Positions 9,140-18,345 of a stretch of 64,000 nt of DNA are shown in pieces (within the stretch, counting starts at the first letter, position 1; every line of letters starts with the position of its first letter). The stretch lies in IMG/VR virus record IMGVR_UViG_3300024229_000651; one strand, 5' to 3'. The translations under genes were made by a program, and so were the position numbers. This DNA comes from a virus (taxonomy: Duplodnaviria > Caudoviricetes). The notes beneath the pieces were generated by a model. It did not search any database. It was not told the DNA's origin and worked only from the letters and a program-made list of their open reading frames with translations.

Positions 9140-9689
9140 CGTACTCCAGTAGCGAAACACACTTGTATCCGCTATCTACAATTTTAGTAGAGCCGCCTAA
9201 TACAGGAAGATCAATAACAGACAAAATCATTATATCCTGCTTAGGTATGCGCCACTCTTCGTGTATTAAACTTGCACATGCTATAGCTGTGCCGCCGGTG
9301 GCAATTAAGTCATCAACAACAAGTACTTTGCCGTGTATAGGAGACATTTCCTGTATGTGTAACTCTGCAGAACCGTATTCCAACTCGTACGATTTGTTAA
9401 CGGTATTATTTGGCAGCTTGCCCGGCTTTCGTGCCATTACAAAAGGAATAGTCAGTTTATTTGCTAACGGTGCACCGAATACAAACCCTCTGCTTTCAAT
9501 ACCCACAACACAGTTAGCAGAAAACTGTCTTGCAACTTCTTCTAACGCATGTAATGTTAAAGAAAATCCAGTTGGGTGTTCTAACAGACTAGTTATATCT
9601 TTAAATTGTATACCGGGTATCGGGAAATCTGGTACTGTTCGAATATATTGATCGAGATAATTATGGTTATAGGTCATCAAAATATCCAT
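9129..9689 (-). CDS. apt: Adenine phosphoribosyltransferase
   Basis: VPDFPIPGIQFKDIT, GIESRGF, ARKPGKLP, YELEYG, VVDDLIATGGT. Confidence 0.93.
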   Translation of the reverse strand: MDILMTYNHNYLDQYIRTVPDFPIPGIQFKDITSLLEHPTGFSLTLHALEEVARQFSANCVVGIESRGFVFGAPLANKLTIPFVMARKPGKLPNNTVNKSYELEYGSAELHIQEMSPIHGKVLVVDDLIATGGTAIACASLIHEEWRIPKQDIMILSVIDLPVLGGSTKIVDSGYKCVSLLEYDDE

Positions 9690-10413
9690 TCTCTTCTAAA
9701 TATTCTTCAGAGTACAGATCATATTTGTCGTGCCATTTTTTATTCATATAGCCGACAGATGCGTAGTAGCCTTTACCAGTTGTGTCTGCGTAATCGAACT
9801 CAGCTTCTAATTCCTCTTTGTTATACCATACACGTTCTACGATGTCTGCAATAGTTGTTTCAACAGAACTAAAACACACCTTATCTGCATCAAAATCTTC
9901 ACCTTCGGTTTCTACAAACCAGCAACCGAAGTTCCCCTTCTCTCCACTATGAAACGCTAAGACAGGAATTAAATCATCGTCATCTGTGTCTGGAATTTCA
10001 ACATTGTGGTATGCTTCTCTGCTGAAAAGATGATTAGCTTCGAAATTTTGATCATTGTCGTAATCATAATCATCGGATCCGTCTGCAGGAACTTCATACG
10101 CTACCCACTGACCGTCTGAGTATGCGCCGTTGACGTGTTCAACATCGTCAGTATCGAACCAAGCATTAAAATCCTCATCTATCTCTGGAGCGGCAGTATC
10201 TCTGCCATCTTCTGTATCCCATTCGTAGCTATTGATATGGTCGATTAAATCGCCCTCGTCAGCCTCTTGGTCTAACCAATAATCCACAAAGTCCGAATTA
10301 ATTTGACCTATGGTTAACTCGCCGCCATATCTTCCTGCTTCGATACGAAAGCGTCTTTTACGACCTCTCAACTTTTCAGTCATTTTATCAATGTCTTCAT
10401 CTAATGTGCTCAT
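9667..10413 (-). CDS. Highly acidic hypothetical protein
   Basis: 248 aa, about 27% Asp+Glu by hand count, basic N-terminal patch. Confidence 0.7.
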   Translation of the reverse strand: MSTLDEDIDKMTEKLRGRKRRFRIEAGRYGGELTIGQINSDFVDYWLDQEADEGDLIDHINSYEWDTEDGRDTAAPEIDEDFNAWFDTDDVEHVNGAYSDGQWVAYEVPADGSDDYDYDNDQNFEANHLFSREAYHNVEIPDTDDDDLIPVLAFHSGEKGNFGCWFVETEGEDFDADKVCFSSVETTIADIVERVWYNKEELEAEFDYADTTGKGYYASVGYMNKKWHDKYDLYSEEYLEENGYFDDL

Positions 10414-10443
10414 TTGTCTGTCCTCTGTCTCAAGTTTTAAAAG

Positions 10444-10947
10444 TTAATCTAATAAATTAGCAATGTCTAATGTGTTAGGTATCTTGTTAAGTTCTTTAAC
10501 GAACAATGCACAAGGTGGGTTAGGTCCATCACTTAAAGGAACTACTAGCATATGTCCGTTTTTTAATTTAGGAAAAAACCATTTCACATCTTGATAGATA
10601 TTAGTTATCGAAATATCCTTGCACTCTAATCTACGATTGGATAACGGATTGATTGTAGCAGTTAAAAATCCTCTGTTGTTCAAACTAGTAAGAGGAATAA
10701 CTTCTAGAGCTGTTAAATCCTCGTCAGTAATTGCTATACTCCAATCCATAGGCATCTGTATATCATGGTCTCCGATACGCAAGCAAACAGCTGGTGCATA
10801 GAAACTTTCTAAAAATATCAATGGTAGGAAGTAGTAGTCCATCCATTCCTTGTCGGACGTATCAAACACACTAAATCGTATGTCGTCTATCTGATCTGGT
10901 ACTGTGTCTAGTTCGTAGACTGTGTTTTCAACAGTTAATATCTTCAT
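10444..10947 (-). CDS. Hypothetical protein
   Basis: 167-aa ORF coupled to uvsW (TAATG overlap). Confidence 0.7.
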   Translation of the reverse strand: MKILTVENTVYELDTVPDQIDDIRFSVFDTSDKEWMDYYFLPLIFLESFYAPAVCLRIGDHDIQMPMDWSIAITDEDLTALEVIPLTSLNNRGFLTATINPLSNRRLECKDISITNIYQDVKWFFPKLKNGHMLVVPLSDGPNPPCALFVKELNKIPNTLDIANLLD

Positions 10948-12401
10948 TAATACTCCAGTTTTGTTATTTTAAACGGAAAGCCCTGTTCTCTATAAAACAC
11001 TTTACGTTTTGTTAAATGCCTTTTACTATACTTTAAATTGCTAGTAATGTCAACCACACGCAAGTATTCTTTGTCTTCAGCTTTACGTATGCCCCTACCT
11101 ATGCTTTGTATTACCCTTACAAAACTTTTGCCTGGCTCTAAAAGAACTAGATTAAAGATTCTGGGTATGTTAATACCTACTGCCGCTACGCCATATGTAG
11201 CAACAATTACCTTATTATCCGCTTCACTAATTTCTGCATACTCGTCTTGCCGGTCAGTTGTTTTCATCCTGCCGCTAATAAATGCCCAGTCTGGATTCCT
11301 TTCCGCTAACATTTCTCCCGTTGCAATTCGATCAATCAGCACAAGTGTATTACCAGCGTCAGCTAACTTTGATATAATTCCGGTGAGCACATCTATTCGT
11401 GTAGGATCTGTGACCAACCACTTCAGCTCCTGTGCATAGTTACCAAAGCCCATAACACCATCTTGTAGCTGGAATATATCAATATCTAACTCTGCTAATA
11501 CACCTTTGTCCTGGAGTTCCTTACTACTCAAGTTACCAACTACAGGACCTATAGAGCACACACATCCTATTGCTTCATGCTCATCTTTAGGTATAGTGCC
11601 TGTTAGTCCCCACCTAATAGGAACATTAGCAAATGCGCCGCCTAATAAATTGCGCAATACATCAGCTTTTGCTTTGTGCACCTCATCGACCATAATACAT
11701 ACTACGCCGGTGAGAAATTGATCTATTGGAAAGTCTGCTTCAAATTTCTTACTTTTCTTATCCATGATACTGAGACTTTGCCACGTACAAATAGTATGCG
11801 TTTTGTCGTATTCCTTTCTGTCCCCGAAAAGTACGCCTACATCGAGCCCCAAGTTCTTGTAATCTTTTTCTGTTTGAACTACAAGATCCTTGTTGGGCAC
11901 AATAACTACACTGCGCCCGTAAGGCTCGCACAAGTTACTTAATGCGGCTGTAATCAATGTCTTGCCTGCGCCAGTAGCAATTTCCTGTATAGATTGCGGG
12001 TTTGCTAAAAATTCATTAATGACATCTACTTGGTAATCTCTGAGTATGACTGGGGTTCCTTCAGCAGGATGTCCCTTAGGCCATAATGTATCCTTAAACC
12101 TATCAAGTTCAATCTTATCAAAGTTAAAGGACCATTGCTGGCGCTGATCATCTAGCTCTATTTCATAGCCTTCCTTTTGCACAATAGGCAGAAGTCTATC
12201 AAGTAAATTTAAATATGTTCTGCCGCCGACATCACAGAACCTGACACACCCATCCCATCTACCTAACTTATAAGCTGGCATGTGGTATGCATACGGCAAC
12301 ATGTACTTAACAGCATCAGATAGCTTTCGTCTAGTCTTAGGTTCCACACCTACAAACTTAACGTTTACTTCATCTCTGATTTCAAGTGTGCATTTAGCCA
12401 T
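10947..12401 (-). CDS. uvsW: UvsW-like SF2 DNA helicase
   Basis: LRDYQ, ATGAGKT, DEVH, GLTGT, GINIP, QSIGRGIR. Confidence 0.92.
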   Translation of the reverse strand: MAKCTLEIRDEVNVKFVGVEPKTRRKLSDAVKYMLPYAYHMPAYKLGRWDGCVRFCDVGGRTYLNLLDRLLPIVQKEGYEIELDDQRQQWSFNFDKIELDRFKDTLWPKGHPAEGTPVILRDYQVDVINEFLANPQSIQEIATGAGKTLITAALSNLCEPYGRSVVIVPNKDLVVQTEKDYKNLGLDVGVLFGDRKEYDKTHTICTWQSLSIMDKKSKKFEADFPIDQFLTGVVCIMVDEVHKAKADVLRNLLGGAFANVPIRWGLTGTIPKDEHEAIGCVCSIGPVVGNLSSKELQDKGVLAELDIDIFQLQDGVMGFGNYAQELKWLVTDPTRIDVLTGIISKLADAGNTLVLIDRIATGEMLAERNPDWAFISGRMKTTDRQDEYAEISEADNKVIVATYGVAAVGINIPRIFNLVLLEPGKSFVRVIQSIGRGIRKAEDKEYLRVVDITSNLKYSKRHLTKRKVFYREQGFPFKITKLEY

Positions 12402-12433
12402 TAATAAGATTCTCTTCTATAGGAACAGCGTAC

Positions 12434-12463
12434 ATTATACTACCAATCATATGCCAATGTCAA
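12434..12463 (-). promoter_or_regulatory. Sigma70-type promoter for uvsW operon
   Basis: TTGACA-18-TATAAT. Confidence 0.65.
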
Positions 12464-14050
12464 GGAAAATTGTCTACCAATATTACTATAAAACGGAACT
12501 ACCTCAATCTCATCATTTAACAAGTTTTCTATTTGCAAGGTCAGTATAATATCATTAAAATCTTTTGTAGCAAATACATTAATTTTGTGTAGATCTTCTA
12601 GCACAGTACCGTCATATGGCCCGGGCTTTCTATCCAAATTAAACGCATACGTTGCTGTGAAGGTAGTATTCCATAAATCTTTAGTCGCTTCTATTGTGCC
12701 TGCGTACTTAGGTGTACGAGGTTGCGTTGTATCTGTGTATCTTGCTGTCACAGACACTGGGCCAAATGCCTGACTGTATGTTACACCTTTTGAGTTGTAC
12801 TTGCCAGCGTTATAATAAATATTATCAGAATAGTTATAATCAATGGTTTCATGAAATCTATATTTGAAAAAACCGATCGGCCCATAACCAAATTCAACGC
12901 CACGACCTTCTTCAGGTTCTAATTCTGGATTTGATTGTACCCACGAGTCTCCATGTAGTTCGTAAAGATTAGGACGTCTAAAACTTGTGCCTATACTGGC
13001 ATATAATTTGCCTTGCTCGAAACCAAATCTGTGCGAGTTTTGTCCATCGTTGCCTCTGCGAATACCAATGCTGTATTTTGTATGCACTAAATCTATCTTA
13101 GTGCTGAAGAAACCCGCAATATTTTGTTGGCTGTGTTCGTTATATTCCTCGTTACTGTAATCTACACCGTAGTCAAAAGTAAAATTAGCAAACAGCCAAC
13201 CATAGTCATCGAGCGAATTTGGTCCGTATGTAGTAGATCGAGTATCCATTAATTTTACATAGTCTCTACTACTAGTATTACTAAATGTAGAGTCTTGTTC
13301 AGTGAAGAATTCTGCCTTGTTCTCGCTACGGCCCAATACAAAATGATCATTAGAAGCAGTTAAAACATACCGATCTCCTATTTGACGACAATCGTTTGAT
13401 TGAGAAAAACTAGCAGTATAGCAATTATCGTAGTCGTATTCATAATCTGTATACTTGCCTGTCACAGTAAATCTGTCAAAATCGTAGTTAAACTTTCCAG
13501 ACACGTTACTGTATCGATCTTTTTCTGTATTATCATTCCTAACACTAGGATGTTCCGAATTGAATTTTAAAAGCTGTACACTGTCCGATGCAACCGATGC
13601 ATACGAATGGTCTGTCCCGTGCCTAATTATTACACCAGAATCTATTGTGTCTTCGATTAATACTGTGCCAGCAATGCTTCCTGAACCATATAGTACTCCA
13701 TTAGGACCAGATATGTATCTAACTGTCTGCCCCGATGCTATATCATGTCCAAAGTCATACAGCCCTGTTCCGGGCTCGTTAGCGGGTATGCCGTTAACAA
13801 ATACTGTTGTGTGCACCGATTGTGCGCCTGTTTGGTTGAACCCAATAACGCCGCCGTAGCCGCCTGGATTATAAGTAAACGCAGGCAGAACAGCACTTGC
13901 TAATCGTGACGTATGAACTGGGTCTACTGCTGTGGTTGTTATTCGTTGTCCGACTACAACGGTTTCTTCTATATCAATGTCTTGTGCATTCACAGAAGAT
14001 ACGGAAGTAACTAGTGCGATACAAGTCAAAAAGTTAATTTTATTACTCAT
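12440..14050 (-). CDS. TonB-dependent outer-membrane receptor (compact, about 536 aa)
   Basis: Signal peptide; TonB-box-like EETVVVG; plug motifs VFVNGIP and GPNGVLYGSGSIAGTV; NPELEPE; ENLLN; GRQFSLTLAYDW terminal aromatic; start at MSNKINF after AAGGA. Confidence 0.88.
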   Translation of the reverse strand: MSNKINFLTCIALVTSVSSVNAQDIDIEETVVVGQRITTTAVDPVHTSRLASAVLPAFTYNPGGYGGVIGFNQTGAQSVHTTVFVNGIPANEPGTGLYDFGHDIASGQTVRYISGPNGVLYGSGSIAGTVLIEDTIDSGVIIRHGTDHSYASVASDSVQLLKFNSEHPSVRNDNTEKDRYSNVSGKFNYDFDRFTVTGKYTDYEYDYDNCYTASFSQSNDCRQIGDRYVLTASNDHFVLGRSENKAEFFTEQDSTFSNTSSRDYVKLMDTRSTTYGPNSLDDYGWLFANFTFDYGVDYSNEEYNEHSQQNIAGFFSTKIDLVHTKYSIGIRRGNDGQNSHRFGFEQGKLYASIGTSFRRPNLYELHGDSWVQSNPELEPEEGRGVEFGYGPIGFFKYRFHETIDYNYSDNIYYNAGKYNSKGVTYSQAFGPVSVTARYTDTTQPRTPKYAGTIEATKDLWNTTFTATYAFNLDRKPGPYDGTVLEDLHKINVFATKDFNDIILTLQIENLLNDEIEVVPFYSNIGRQFSLTLAYDW

Positions 14051-14078
14051 TATTATCCTTATGTTAATTAACCCAGTA

Positions 14079-14106
14079 ATTATACATGTAATCAAGAATA
14101 AGTCAA
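14079..14106 (-). promoter_or_regulatory. Sigma70-type promoter for the TonB-dependent receptor
   Basis: TTGACT-16-TATAAT. Confidence 0.65.
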
Positions 14107-14109
14107 GTA

Positions 14110-14140
14110 AAAAGTGAAGCCCGGAGGGGTTCCGGGCTTC
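14110..14140 (-). terminator. Intrinsic terminator after the ATPase gene
   Basis: 10-bp stem GAAGCCCGGA/TCCGGGCTTC followed by ACTTTTT on minus. Confidence 0.8.
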
Positions 14141-14142
14141 GT

Positions 14143-14192
14143 GGTGCTCTTGGGGGGATGACTAACGGTTGAGCACCGGGGGAATCGTTAGT
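14143..14192. ncRNA. Candidate H-type pseudoknot element
   Basis: GGTGCTC(14143-49)/GAGCACC(14171-77) interleaved with ACTAACG(14161-67)/CGTTAGT(14186-92). Confidence 0.45.
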
Positions 14193-14205
14193 ATGTATAC
14201 TTATA

Positions 14206-15240
14206 TTAGATACCACCCTTCATGCACGTAGTCTGGGCAAGTCTGACCCAATTGTCGTTGTCCATTTGCTTGAGGTCTGCAATCTTCAACACCATACGCA
14301 AACTAATCTCACGAAGTTTTTGTGCATTATCGACCATGAAGTTAATTACTTCACTCTTACCTTCTTCACCGAAGTTGTAATCGTCTAGCATGCCGTCTCG
14401 CACAATTTGCTTGATGCGGATGAATTTATCCTTGACACTGTTCATAGTCAAATCCAAGTAGTGACAACGACTCATCAACGCACTAAGGTGATCTTGAATC
14501 TTCTTAGAACGGACATTTTCAAAGTTCACGTTAGTAATGAATACTACGCCGCCTGCAAAGTCAAACCGATCTGGGATTCCTTCCCTACGCAATGCTGAAC
14601 TCTCAGACTTCCAACTAATTGTACGCTTCTTGCCTGAGTCAAGTACTGCCTTCAGCATGTTCAAACAAACTTCATCAAACAGGATACTATCACAGTCATC
14701 AAAAACAAGAACATTGCCTTTGTCACTGTTCATGTACAGTGTCTGGTATAGACCAATTGGGGTCATAGAACCTTTTACAATTTCAGTGCGGGCTGGCTTG
14801 CCAGCAACTTGAGTTAACATGTCATAATCTTCTAATACAGTTTCAACACCAAATGACTTACCAACACCTGGAGGACCACTTACTATCATACCACGCACTG
14901 TGCCTTCTGCTACAGCATGAGTCATACGATCAAGGATATCGAAACGCTCTTTGATCCGCTCAATAGCATCATCTTCGGACTCCTCTTCGGTTGTGTCCTC
15001 TACTGATGCAACTTTTGGTTGCTCTGCAAACACACCTGGTGTTACATACTCTACATCGTCCGATGGGTTAGTAATAAGTACACGAATTTTTGCAAACTGA
15101 TCGCCTAATGCATCAGTACCATCTACAGTGATAAATGCACCTTTCTTACCAATATTAAGAGGCTTAATAACTGGGAAAACTAAGTTCTCAATAACCTTAG
15201 AACGGTAAGTGCCTTGCTTGATCTTTACAAACTGTTTCAT
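14206..15240 (-). CDS. P-loop/AAA-type ATPase of unknown function
   Basis: SGPPGVGKS Walker A, LVFDDCD Walker B, FITN, SRC. Confidence 0.8.
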   Translation of the reverse strand: MKQFVKIKQGTYRSKVIENLVFPVIKPLNIGKKGAFITVDGTDALGDQFAKIRVLITNPSDDVEYVTPGVFAEQPKVASVEDTTEEESEDDAIERIKERFDILDRMTHAVAEGTVRGMIVSGPPGVGKSFGVETVLEDYDMLTQVAGKPARTEIVKGSMTPIGLYQTLYMNSDKGNVLVFDDCDSILFDEVCLNMLKAVLDSGKKRTISWKSESSALRREGIPDRFDFAGGVVFITNVNFENVRSKKIQDHLSALMSRCHYLDLTMNSVKDKFIRIKQIVRDGMLDDYNFGEEGKSEVINFMVDNAQKLREISLRMVLKIADLKQMDNDNWVRLAQTTCMKGGI

Positions 15241-15274
15241 AAAATGTCATCCGTTTATTTAATTTACAAGTACT

Positions 15275-15302
15275 ATTATACGGATTTTGAAGGGAAAGTC
15301 AA
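15275..15302 (-). promoter_or_regulatory. Sigma70-type promoter for ATPase
   Basis: TTGACT-16-TATAAT. Confidence 0.7.
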
Positions 15303-15345
15303 CCTTTTTGCCAGTTTTTCTGGCAACTTTTTTAAGGAAGGTAAG

Positions 15346-15549
15346 TTATTGATTTATAAGGCTTTTTAATATTCGATAACTTATGTATGTGCATACGAAG
15401 TTATATAAACCTAAGTAAATCAAGTAGTTAACGCTGAAATAGACACCTGAAAAAACTGCCAAACACCCAAGTATTCCATTGCCATGCATCATGAATTTAT
15501 GATATTTTTTCCCCAATGCCAAGTACTCTGTAAGATTTTTGCACTGCAA
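15346..15549 (-). CDS. Small membrane protein (start probably at internal MMHGNG)
   Basis: Two hydrophobic stretches; fills the gap between genes. Confidence 0.4.
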   Translation of the reverse strand: MQCKNLTEYLALGKKYHKFMMHGNGILGCLAVFSGVYFSVNYLIYLGLYNFVCTYISYRILKSLINQ

Positions 15550-16051
15550 TAGCCTGGTTATATGCGTCTGCCAGGGCCGAATGATGGTCTATTTGGTTTC
15601 CGGCAACGTCTTTTCTAGGATCACCAGGGACTAATTCAAACAAGGTCCTGCTATCTGCTTCTTCCCAATAAAACCAGTTTTTATGTATACCGTACTGCTC
15701 ATAAAGATGTTCTAGAATACCATAGTCAAATCTGGGGCCTTGTGCCCACTTCTTATCACAACCAACAAACCACTTGTTTAGTTCGTTGCAAAAATGCTCC
15801 ACTGATACTCGACCGTCAACCTTAAACGCATCTTCTTGGATATCCTTATCTTGCTTAGACCACCACTCAACTGTGTTGGGATCAACAATACGGCCTTTCT
15901 CCGATTGTTCGTCAATATCTAATCGCATCATTAGCGGAGAATGTGGTACTGCATCGGATGTGGGGTCAAACTTTACTCCGCCAACACTTAGCACAACTGC
16001 ATCGCTTTTTGTAGCTAGAGTCTCAATATCTATCATTGCATGAGTTGGCAT
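15497..16051 (-). CDS. DEDDh 3'-5' exonuclease (Rv2179c-like)
   Basis: MIDIETL, QGPRFDYGIL, DSRTL, HHSALADA. Confidence 0.85.
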   Translation of the reverse strand: MPTHAMIDIETLATKSDAVVLSVGGVKFDPTSDAVPHSPLMMRLDIDEQSEKGRIVDPNTVEWWSKQDKDIQEDAFKVDGRVSVEHFCNELNKWFVGCDKKWAQGPRFDYGILEHLYEQYGIHKNWFYWEEADSRTLFELVPGDPRKDVAGNQIDHHSALADAYNQAIAVQKSYRVLGIGEKIS

Positions 16052-16203
16052 TACTTAAAATTTCCGTAAAGTTGATCGAATATCTTCTTCGCTTCATCAG
16101 CACTAAGTGCTTCTTCTTTATACAACGAGCGTTCTTCTGTGTTTAACCACAGCCACTCATTAAAATTTATACTGTATGACTTTGTTTTATCGTATTCAAA
16201 CAT
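16051..16203 (-). CDS. Small hypothetical protein (50 aa)
   Basis: Below track cutoff; AGGAG SD; MFEYDKTKSYSINFNEWLWLNTEERS...; TAATG coupling to the next gene. Confidence 0.65.
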   Translation of the reverse strand: MFEYDKTKSYSINFNEWLWLNTEERSLYKEEALSADEAKKIFDQLYGNFK

Positions 16204-16255
16204 CCGGTTACTCCTACATAACGTTAACATTAATCAATATATTAGCACCACTCCA

Positions 16256-16657
16256 TCAGGAAGTCAAGAACTTTTTGAAATATTTTTCACATAAAGCGTC
16301 TTCGTTGCGGTATGCTTCAATCTCCCAGGGCTGGTCTTCGTAGCGCCTTTTCATCAAACCGTGGTCGATTTCGTGCAATATCAACTGTTTAGCATGTATG
16401 AGTTCATGCATAAGGTTGCGAAGTACTTCATTTCTTGTAAAGTAGCCCCCATGGCTCTTCCTGCCCAAGCCTATCACAATATGTTCATTATCACCATAAC
16501 AAAAGCCGCCCAACTGATCTTCTAGCTCAGTTATTAAATCAATTGTTATATCTACATCGTGTGTTATGTCCTTGCACTGATCATACAAATACTGTTCGCA
16601 CTCTTGTACTACTAGGCTCTTTTTAGCAAATCGTCCTGCCCAAAAAATATGTATCAT
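16256..16657 (-). CDS. Zincin-like metallopeptidase
   Basis: LMHELIHAKQ (HExxH) plus QPWEIEA. Confidence 0.7.
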   Translation of the reverse strand: MIHIFWAGRFAKKSLVVQECEQYLYDQCKDITHDVDITIDLITELEDQLGGFCYGDNEHIVIGLGRKSHGGYFTRNEVLRNLMHELIHAKQLILHEIDHGLMKRRYEDQPWEIEAYRNEDALCEKYFKKFLTS

Positions 16658-17646
16658 ACACGTATCTCAACAAGTTGTTTAAATTCATTGCTCTGCAAAT
16701 GCAAAGAGTTTTTCTGGCGGCGGTTTGCTGTATAATGGTATATGTCCAATATATCATTGTTTAAGCGATCTATCTCTTTGGCGCAAGAATCTACACGTTT
16801 TACCAAATTAGTTTCTTCGTCATAAGAATGGTCTATTAGGTCTTTAAAGGTATCAAATCCAAACTGCTCTAATTTTTTGATAGATCCAGGAGCATTTATT
16901 GATAAGAACAACTGTCCTGCATATATAGGCTTCCAAGTTTTTTCTGTAAAGAACATACGTTTGCACGAACTCTCTGTTATAATATTCAGTGCTGTTTGAT
17001 TATATGCTGGGCTACTTACTGTATGATCGTTAACATAAGGATCAGTATCTGAAAGATCATCGATTGTGATCGGACAAATATGCTTGAGCATGCTTAAAAA
17101 ATATTCATACTCGTCCGAGTAATCCAGTATGTCTTGTTGCCAGTAGTCTTGTTGTAAATGAGTCTTAGCATGCTGTTGCTTATCCCAAAGAAAACTGTGC
17201 AACACAGACTCTTGTAAATTGTGCGAGTAAATCTTATTCAGCATGATAAGCCTGTGTATCTTAGGAACAGAATTCAAACAAGAGAATTTGTGTTCGATTG
17301 ATTTTTCTTCTATTGGATATTCGGCTTGGCTGTACGGTAAATGAAAGTAAGATGTATAGTTATCCTCAGTAGCATCGTCACTAAGAACCACTACTTTCTT
17401 ATTTTTGTGTGTATCTACAAATGACCGAACTTGCTGTTGACTGAGTGCGTCCATTGGGTTGTGACTCACGTCCAATACAATAGTGTTAAACCAAGCGAGC
17501 TCAGGTAATTCGTAATTTAGTAAATTATCGTTAACTATGACATAATTGTCATGTATACCCAATTTACTAGATAGCCATGGTATAAGGTATCTTCTACTGA
17601 CTGTGCCAGTGTTGTAAACCTCAGACAAATCAATAATTTGTTTCAT
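16654..17646 (-). CDS. Hypothetical protein with GT10/GT-B glycosyltransferase-like C-terminus
   Basis: LNIITES...FFTEKTWKPI...PGSIKKL resembles the GT10 YxTEK motif. Confidence 0.4.
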   Translation of the reverse strand: MKQIIDLSEVYNTGTVSRRYLIPWLSSKLGIHDNYVIVNDNLLNYELPELAWFNTIVLDVSHNPMDALSQQQVRSFVDTHKNKKVVVLSDDATEDNYTSYFHLPYSQAEYPIEEKSIEHKFSCLNSVPKIHRLIMLNKIYSHNLQESVLHSFLWDKQQHAKTHLQQDYWQQDILDYSDEYEYFLSMLKHICPITIDDLSDTDPYVNDHTVSSPAYNQTALNIITESSCKRMFFTEKTWKPIYAGQLFLSINAPGSIKKLEQFGFDTFKDLIDHSYDEETNLVKRVDSCAKEIDRLNNDILDIYHYTANRRQKNSLHLQSNEFKQLVEIRV

Positions 17647-17647
17647 C

Positions 17648-18106
17648 TTAACTAATAACTATATCTTCCATACCAGCAGTTCGTAACCGAGTGATATGCC
17701 CTATTTGCCATTGCTTAGTATCCAGGCCTTTCATTATTCCTAAATACTTATTCCTAATTAATGCATACTGATTACACAGGTGTGTTAAGTTTATTACGCT
17801 ATCGTCGCTGTCAACAAACTTTTCGGCGTCTCTGCTACTTAACTGCCTATTGTATGTTTCCAGATACTTTCGAAAAACCTTACTGCGTTCTTTACGCAAT
17901 TCTATATTCAGGTGCTCCAGTATTGCTTCAATTTCCTGTAACTGGTTAAAACGATGCTCAGTAATGCCAGGCAGAGCAGCACTAGATTTCTCTAGGCTGC
18001 CCTTAATGTGGCATTCGTATTTGGATTCCTCAAGTTCGTTCTCATAGAAGTCAATTGAGTCAACTAGGGTACTGAGATCGTCTACTACGCTTCGATACCA
18101 TCCCAT
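17648..18106 (-). CDS. uvsY: Recombination mediator UvsY
   Basis: Size, coiled-coil, KYLGIMKGLDTKQWQIGHITRLRTAG; downstream of uvsX. Confidence 0.8.
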   Translation of the reverse strand: MGWYRSVVDDLSTLVDSIDFYENELEESKYECHIKGSLEKSSAALPGITEHRFNQLQEIEAILEHLNIELRKERSKVFRKYLETYNRQLSSRDAEKFVDSDDSVINLTHLCNQYALIRNKYLGIMKGLDTKQWQIGHITRLRTAGMEDIVIS

Positions 18107-18111
18107 TTACT

Positions 18112-18345
18112 TTACTCCCAGTCAAACCCTTCATCATCGTTTTCTTCCTCTACATCAAAATGAGATTTTGCTGCAGCTTTCAGAACAGAATCAAAGGAAC
18201 TAAATTCTTCCTCAATGCCCACGAAGTCAAGTTCTTCGTCAAGTACACGGATAAGTTGCTCCGAGGCCTCGATTCTATCCTTCTTTGGAATAAAAGTTTT
18301 GATAGTGTCCCAAACACTAATAAGTACTTGTATGTCAGGATTCAT
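18112..18345 (-). CDS. Hypothetical protein
   Basis: 77-aa ORF between uvsX and uvsY. Confidence 0.7.
   Translation of the reverse strand: MNPDIQVLISVWDTIKTFIPKKDRIEASEQLIRVLDEELDFVGIEEEFSSFDSVLKAAAKSHFDVEEENDDEGFDWE

Noticed and set aside
14050-14205. Cobalamin riboswitch upstream of the TonB receptor
   Set aside because: No B12-box or conserved core seen; the leader after the promoter is only about 25 nt
15309-15360. Hairpin TTGCCAG/CTGGCAA and AAGTTATTGATTT motif as a recombination site
   Set aside because: Single occurrence and no integrase in the window; insufficient support
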